A stretch of DNA of 64,000 nucleotides from Thermoanaerobaculia bacterium (GTDB lineage Bacteria; Acidobacteriota; Thermoanaerobaculia; Multivoradales; JAIOJS01). The DNA is taken from NCBI GenBank assembly GCA_030429235.1, contig JAUIDB010000002.1, positions 176,769-240,768 of the forward strand, written 5' to 3'. Below the pieces are notes generated by a model that was not told the origin of the DNA, ran no database searches, and saw only the letters and a program-made list of their open reading frames with translations. Positions 59,788 through 64,000 of the stretch are shown here, piece by piece (position 1 is the stretch's first letter; each line of letters starts with the position of its first letter). A program made the translations under genes and the position numbers.

Positions 59788-61590
59788 TCAGTCCTCCGAG
59801 ACCGACGCGAGATTGGCACGGAACACCGACAGGTAGCCCTCGGGGTCGCCGGCCGCCTCGGTGAGTTCTATCGCTTTGGCGTACATCGACCGCGCCTCGG
59901 CGGTGCGACCGGCGGCCTTGAGGCCGTCGCCGAGCGAGTCGTAGACGTTGGCGCTCTCCGGGTAGAGATCACGGTTGAGCTCGAACACCGTCACCGCGCG
60001 CTCGGGCTGGCCGGTCTGGAGGTATTCGTAGCCCAGGTTGTTGAGCTCCGAGGGGTCGAGGTTCACGCTTTCGGGGCCCAGCTCTCGCGCCTCCTGCCAG
60101 CGTGCCTGGGCGGCTTCGGTCCCGTTGCTCTCCAGCGCCTCGCGGACCCAGGCCGCGATCGACGGTCGGGCCATCTGGGTCGCCAGGGCCTCGAGCGCGG
60201 CGTCGAACTCGGCCTTCCGGTGCACGCGACCGTCGGCGACCACGGCGCGGATCTCGCGAACGTTTTCGATGTCGTCGAGCGGGTCGCCGTCCAACAGCAC
60301 GAGATCCGCCAGTTTCCCGACCTCCACCGTCCCGAGTTCGGCCTCCCGGTCGAAGAAGGTGGCGGGGGCCAGGGTAGCGGCCTGGAGTGCGGCCAGCGGG
60401 GTCAGGCCCGCCTCCACCAGCAGGGCGAGTTCATCGTGCAGGCCCGAGCCGGGGAACGCCCACGGGTTCGGGGTGTCGGATCCCGCCAGGATGGGAACAC
60501 CGACCTCGGCCATCAGCCCCACCAGTTTCATCTCGTGGGCGTAGAAGGCATGAGCGGCGGCGATCTCGGCTTCGGGGTGTTCGTACCCCGGGGGCGGATA
60601 CCAGGAGAGGGTGTCGGACGAGGCGAGGTAGCGCAGACGCTCGTCGCCGGCCGCGGCGAGTTCCTCGAAGAAGGCGTTTCCGCGCAGAGTGATGAGCGTT
60701 GGCACCTGCCAGACCTCCCGTTCTCGCAGGAGCTCGAACAGGGCGCGGCAAGTCGGCTCGTCATGCCCTGCTCGAACTCGATCGAGCAACCCTCGCTGCC
60801 CGGCGGAGCGGTCGGAGCGGTAATAGGCAGACCAGGCTTCCTGCAGTTCCGCCGGTTCGGTGGTGCAGGCCTCGGCGATCTGGGTCAGGTGTTCGACCGA
60901 CCGCTGACCGGCCTCGGCCGCTTCCTCCACGGTCACGGCCAAGGGGATATGCCCAGCGAAAGGGATCCCGAGTTCTTTGGTGCGCTCGGCGATGGCGAAG
61001 TACGCCTCGCGCGAGAGTTTGGCGTAGACCTTGATGAAGGGGGACCCGTCGGCGTGCAGCTGGTCGACCAGAGCGCGGGCCTCTTCGGCATCGGCGGCCA
61101 CGTTCGAGCCGGGCCACACTGGATTCGGGCCGTCGACCAGGTTGCCCGCGATCACCCTCCGCGGTGGTCCGAGCACCTCCCCCCGGGCGATCTCGTCCGC
61201 CCGGCTGCGATCGAACCGCAGGTTGCCCCAGGTGTCGCGGATCCCCGTGACGCCGTGGGCGAGGAGCTGCAGGTAGTACGACTCCAGCCACTGCGTCGAC
61301 GCTGCGTGCACGTGGGAGTCCCATAGCCCGGGGATCAGGAAACCACCCGCTCCGTCGACTACCTCGTCGGCTCGCACCACGTGGCTCGGATCCGTGGGGA
61401 CGATGGCGGTGATCTTGCTGCCGTCGATGACGACCGTCTGATGTGGCAGCCGGCTGCCATCCCGGGTGTCGATCACGGTGGTGTCGGCGATGACCACGTC
61501 GCCGGTCAGCTCGACGGGTTCGGGGCCACAGCCAAGGACGAGGCTACCGGCGAGGATCAGGGTTGCGAAGAGTGGAATGGGTCGGCGCAT
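59788..61590 (-). CDS. Amidohydrolase-family lipoprotein with a C-terminal TPR region.
   Basis: Lipoprotein signal MRRPIPLFATLILAGSLVLGC with RBS GGGAGAC. HVHAAS...H metal motifs and a TPR-like C-terminus. Confidence 0.7.
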   Translation of the reverse strand: MRRPIPLFATLILAGSLVLGCGPEPVELTGDVVIADTTVIDTRDGSRLPHQTVVIDGSKITAIVPTDPSHVVRADEVVDGAGGFLIPGLWDSHVHAASTQWLESYYLQLLAHGVTGIRDTWGNLRFDRSRADEIARGEVLGPPRRVIAGNLVDGPNPVWPGSNVAADAEEARALVDQLHADGSPFIKVYAKLSREAYFAIAERTKELGIPFAGHIPLAVTVEEAAEAGQRSVEHLTQIAEACTTEPAELQEAWSAYYRSDRSAGQRGLLDRVRAGHDEPTCRALFELLREREVWQVPTLITLRGNAFFEELAAAGDERLRYLASSDTLSWYPPPGYEHPEAEIAAAHAFYAHEMKLVGLMAEVGVPILAGSDTPNPWAFPGSGLHDELALLVEAGLTPLAALQAATLAPATFFDREAELGTVEVGKLADLVLLDGDPLDDIENVREIRAVVADGRVHRKAEFDAALEALATQMARPSIAAWVREALESNGTEAAQARWQEARELGPESVNLDPSELNNLGYEYLQTGQPERAVTVFELNRDLYPESANVYDSLGDGLKAAGRTAEARSMYAKAIELTEAAGDPEGYLSVFRANLASVSED

Positions 61591-61730
61591 GGTCGGGTCT
61601 CCCAGGGGCTGGGGCTGTTCCGAGGGCCTCGGAGTTGGGGAGCTACCTGAGGAGGCCAGGTCAGGTCGCTCCAAAGCGGCTTCGGCTCGGCTGGCCGACG
61701 GTCGCCACGCACTGGTGGCTTGACACGGGA

Positions 61731-63242
61731 TCAAGGGTTGGAGTTCCAGGCTGAGAGCGTACCGCTTTCGAAGCCGTCGGCGAAGAGGGGTTTGCAGCTG
61801 GGAAAGGAGGCGGCAGTGACCGAGGTGGCCCAGTTCCAGTGCACAGCAGGGGGAAGATCTTTGCTGTAGATCCCGGCGTACCAGAAGGTAGTGCCCGCGG
61901 GATCGATCGTCATCCCCGTGGACTCACCCCAGCGATTGGGGTTGCGGTACGGAGTCTCTCCCGGTTGGACCAGGATCTCTGGTCGCAGTGTGCCCGGGGC
62001 ATCAGTGGCCAGCCTTCCGGCCACGGCCGTCGAGGGGAACTCTGAGGGTGAGAATCGCGTGTATCCAAGGGCGACGTTGCCACAGGCGTCGACGGCCAGA
62101 TCCCCATAGGCCCTCGAGCTGTCTTCGCTCCCGAAGACTCCAGCCTCGATCGCCGTCCGAGTGGCCAGCTCGATCTTCGCCCACTGCAAGCAGTTCATCG
62201 GAAGCCCGTTTTGATCGCAGGCCGCGTGGTTGACGGTCCACCCATAGCCGTGGCGGTACTCGAAGTCGGTGAGGCGGGAATCGCCCCCCGAGATCGGGCC
62301 GGTCCCTCCTGCTTGAGGGTTGTCGAGAGGGGGAGAGAGGCTGATGCCGTGGAGAGCCTCGAGGTCGAGGTTGGTCTGGAGGCTCAGGATGTTGCTACCG
62401 AAGGGATCGGTCCAGCTGATGATCCCCAAGTCGCTAGGGGAATCCACGGATGGAATCAGCAGGAAGTAGTGTTGGTCGCCTTCCGGCCAGCTACCGTCCC
62501 GCCATCCGTGGAGATGCAGGGGCACCGGGAAGTCCGTGGTCGAGCGGATCTCCTTCTGCACCCAGCTCGCTGGGTCCCCGGCGTACATCTCCTCTTTGTC
62601 GAAAGCAAAGACGGCGGGGCGGCCAGCCGATAGATCGATACCAGCCATGAATATGGCCTCGGTACCGATTCCCGCTCTCATCAACTCCCAGTAGCCTTCG
62701 GCGAAGGGAAAGACGTAGCCGTACCAGGTCGCGGTAGGGTCCGAGGTCGCGGTCACGGCCATGCAGTAGAAGTCTCCGGCCGAGGCGCCGACTACGAATC
62801 GATCACTGCGTTCGTCGTAGAGGGCCTCGGGAAAACTGTGGTTCTGGCAGGGAGGCGCCCCAAAGAAGAGCCCCGGTAGGTCGGTCGAGAGCAGGGGCTC
62901 TCCATCGGTCGAGAAGACCTCGACCGAGCGCACTGTCGTCACCACGACGTGGTTCGGACCGACCGCGATGTCGGGTTGGCTGGGACTGGAACCACCGGGT
63001 CCGGGGCAGCAGGTCTCGGCGTCGGCTGCTGGAAAGCTCGTTTCGATTTCTAAGTTCATGCCGGCACCTCCGAGGAGAACAGGCTCTGATTCGCCGATGC
63101 TTTGCCCAGGGGCCGGGCCGGTGAGTGCAGCCAGCCAACTCGGACCCAGAAGGAGCAGGCCAAGGCCCAGCCCGGTACGAACCTCGGTACGTAGGCGGTC
63201 GAAGGACAGTGTGAAGGTGGAATCTATACAGCGGTGGACCAT
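61731..63242 (-). CDS. Secreted hypothetical protein carrying the C-terminal DGFESGTLSAW tail.
   Basis: Signal peptide. C-terminus reads ...CKPLFADGFESGTLSAWNSNP*. Confidence 0.5.
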   Translation of the reverse strand: MVHRCIDSTFTLSFDRLRTEVRTGLGLGLLLLGPSWLAALTGPAPGQSIGESEPVLLGGAGMNLEIETSFPAADAETCCPGPGGSSPSQPDIAVGPNHVVVTTVRSVEVFSTDGEPLLSTDLPGLFFGAPPCQNHSFPEALYDERSDRFVVGASAGDFYCMAVTATSDPTATWYGYVFPFAEGYWELMRAGIGTEAIFMAGIDLSAGRPAVFAFDKEEMYAGDPASWVQKEIRSTTDFPVPLHLHGWRDGSWPEGDQHYFLLIPSVDSPSDLGIISWTDPFGSNILSLQTNLDLEALHGISLSPPLDNPQAGGTGPISGGDSRLTDFEYRHGYGWTVNHAACDQNGLPMNCLQWAKIELATRTAIEAGVFGSEDSSRAYGDLAVDACGNVALGYTRFSPSEFPSTAVAGRLATDAPGTLRPEILVQPGETPYRNPNRWGESTGMTIDPAGTTFWYAGIYSKDLPPAVHWNWATSVTAASFPSCKPLFADGFESGTLSAWNSNP

Positions 63243-63391
63243 GAGGAAGCTCTCTGGATGGAGATGGGAAGTACCTGGTCATTGAAACGTCCGGCGAGCC
63301 CAAACCGCACACGCGGTGCCTTGGATAGACTCGGATCGATGCGCACCGAGAGGGAGCCTGCCTTGGGATCAGGTGGTCGAGGAAGGAGCTG

Positions 63392-64000
63392 ATGGCGGCC
63401 CTCGGCGCGAGCCCGCGCATCGTGGTGGTGGGGGCAGGGATCCTCGGCCTGTGGACGGCGCGCCAGCTGCAGCTGCGCGGGGCCGAGGTGACGTTGGTCG
63501 ACGCTCGAGGACCGGGCAACGACCTCGGTAGTTCCGGAGACTCGACGCGTATCTGGCGCACGGTCTACGGCGGCGACCGCCTCTACCAGGAGCTCGCCCA
63601 GCGCGCGAAGCCCGCCTGGCTGGCGCTCGACTCGTCGACGTCGACTCCGCTGTTTCGTCCCACCGGTGTCCTCTGGTTGCTCCGGGCCGAAGGGGAGAAG
63701 TACCTCGGCCGGGCGCGGGCCGTGGGGATCGAGGAGGCCACCCGGCTGGAGGAGCTCTCGCTCCCTGAGGCCCGGCGGCGTTGGCCGGCCCTCGACCTAT
63801 CCGACGTGTCGCGGGTGGTCTTCGAGCCCGAGGCCGGCGTGCTCGCAGCGCGGGACTGTTGCCTGCAACTCTTCGCCCAGTTGGAGGCCGCGGGTGGAAG
63901 ATACCACCAGGCGTCGGTGCAACCCGGCGCCTGGGTAAGGGGCCGGCTCCGAGAGGTGGTAGAACGCGACGGGACCGCGCTGTCGGCGGACGCCTTCGTC
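63392..64000 (+). CDS. FAD-dependent oxidoreductase (DadA/glycine-oxidase-like); 5' part only, running off the right edge.
   Basis: RBS GGAAGGAG. MAALGASPRIVVVGAGILGLWTARQL (a GxGxxG Rossmann fold). Confidence 0.6.
   Translation, partial: MAALGASPRIVVVGAGILGLWTARQLQLRGAEVTLVDARGPGNDLGSSGDSTRIWRTVYGGDRLYQELAQRAKPAWLALDSSTSTPLFRPTGVLWLLRAEGEKYLGRARAVGIEEATRLEELSLPEARRRWPALDLSDVSRVVFEPEAGVLAARDCCLQLFAQLEAAGGRYHQASVQPGAWVRGRLREVVERDGTALSADAFV

Noticed and set aside
1-64000. CRISPR arrays, rRNA or tRNA genes, and IS or transposase genes.
   Set aside because: No spaced direct repeats, no cloverleaf-like intergenic elements, and no transposase or integrase ORFs were found. The intergenic regions are short.

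Overview
This is a high-GC (~68-70%) bacterial chromosomal window, densely coding and rich in secreted hydrolases. I could not place the lineage; protein content loosely suggests Myxococcota, Acidobacteriota or Gemmatimonadota.

Genes I can support, in order:
- Left edge: the 5' part of a lipoprotein gamma-glutamyltranspeptidase on the minus strand, running off the window.
- A decayed diguanylate cyclase (GGDEF) remnant.
- A ~1.8 kb lower-GC (~45-55%) islet carrying a metzincin zinc protease and a small membrane protein.
- A CBM9/DUF5916-like outer-membrane protein, a Ser/Thr kinase with TPR repeats, and a Nif11/LigA-like small protein divergent from a tetrapyrrole-methylase-fold methyltransferase.
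- A TolB-like β-propeller, a BtuF-like binding protein without a signal peptide, and a DinB/YfiT protein.
- A large secreted trypsin-like protease, an intact membrane GGDEF cyclase, and two secreted hypothetical proteins.
- A periplasmic nitrate reductase locus: napD, napA, a NapC/NirT-like tetrahaem, a tetrahaem lipoprotein, an NrfC-like FeS subunit, an NrfD-like membrane subunit, then an outer-membrane β-barrel.
- A Zn alcohol dehydrogenase, an HxlR regulator, a pirin and a CBS protein.
- An NfeD(YqiJ)-flotillin pair followed by a giant 1832-aa MoxR-like AAA+ protein.
- A ThuA-like secreted protein, a GAF-GAF-GGDEF cyclase, and a cytoplasmic 1186-aa fusion of an S8 subtilase with an HExxH zinc-protease domain.
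- A thioredoxin-fold selenoprotein with an in-frame UGA and a downstream hairpin, a DUF3565 protein, and a tandem cyclase-domain protein.
- A co-directional island of secreted peptidases (about 49.3-59.8 kb).
- An amidohydrolase-TPR lipoprotein, a secreted hypothetical, and a partial FAD oxidoreductase at the right edge.

Two signals look genuinely new:
- Five unrelated secreted enzymes end in the same extreme C-terminal tag, F-x-DGFE-[ST]-G-x-[ST]-x-W.
- A metzincin with a PEP-CTERM-like tail (VPGAS, a TM helix, then WRRD) overlaps in ATGA fashion with an ORF that fuses a short exosortase/archaeosortase-like membrane core (YSCTG ... NQLR) to a second metzincin domain.

No rRNA, tRNA, CRISPR array or transposase was recognised.
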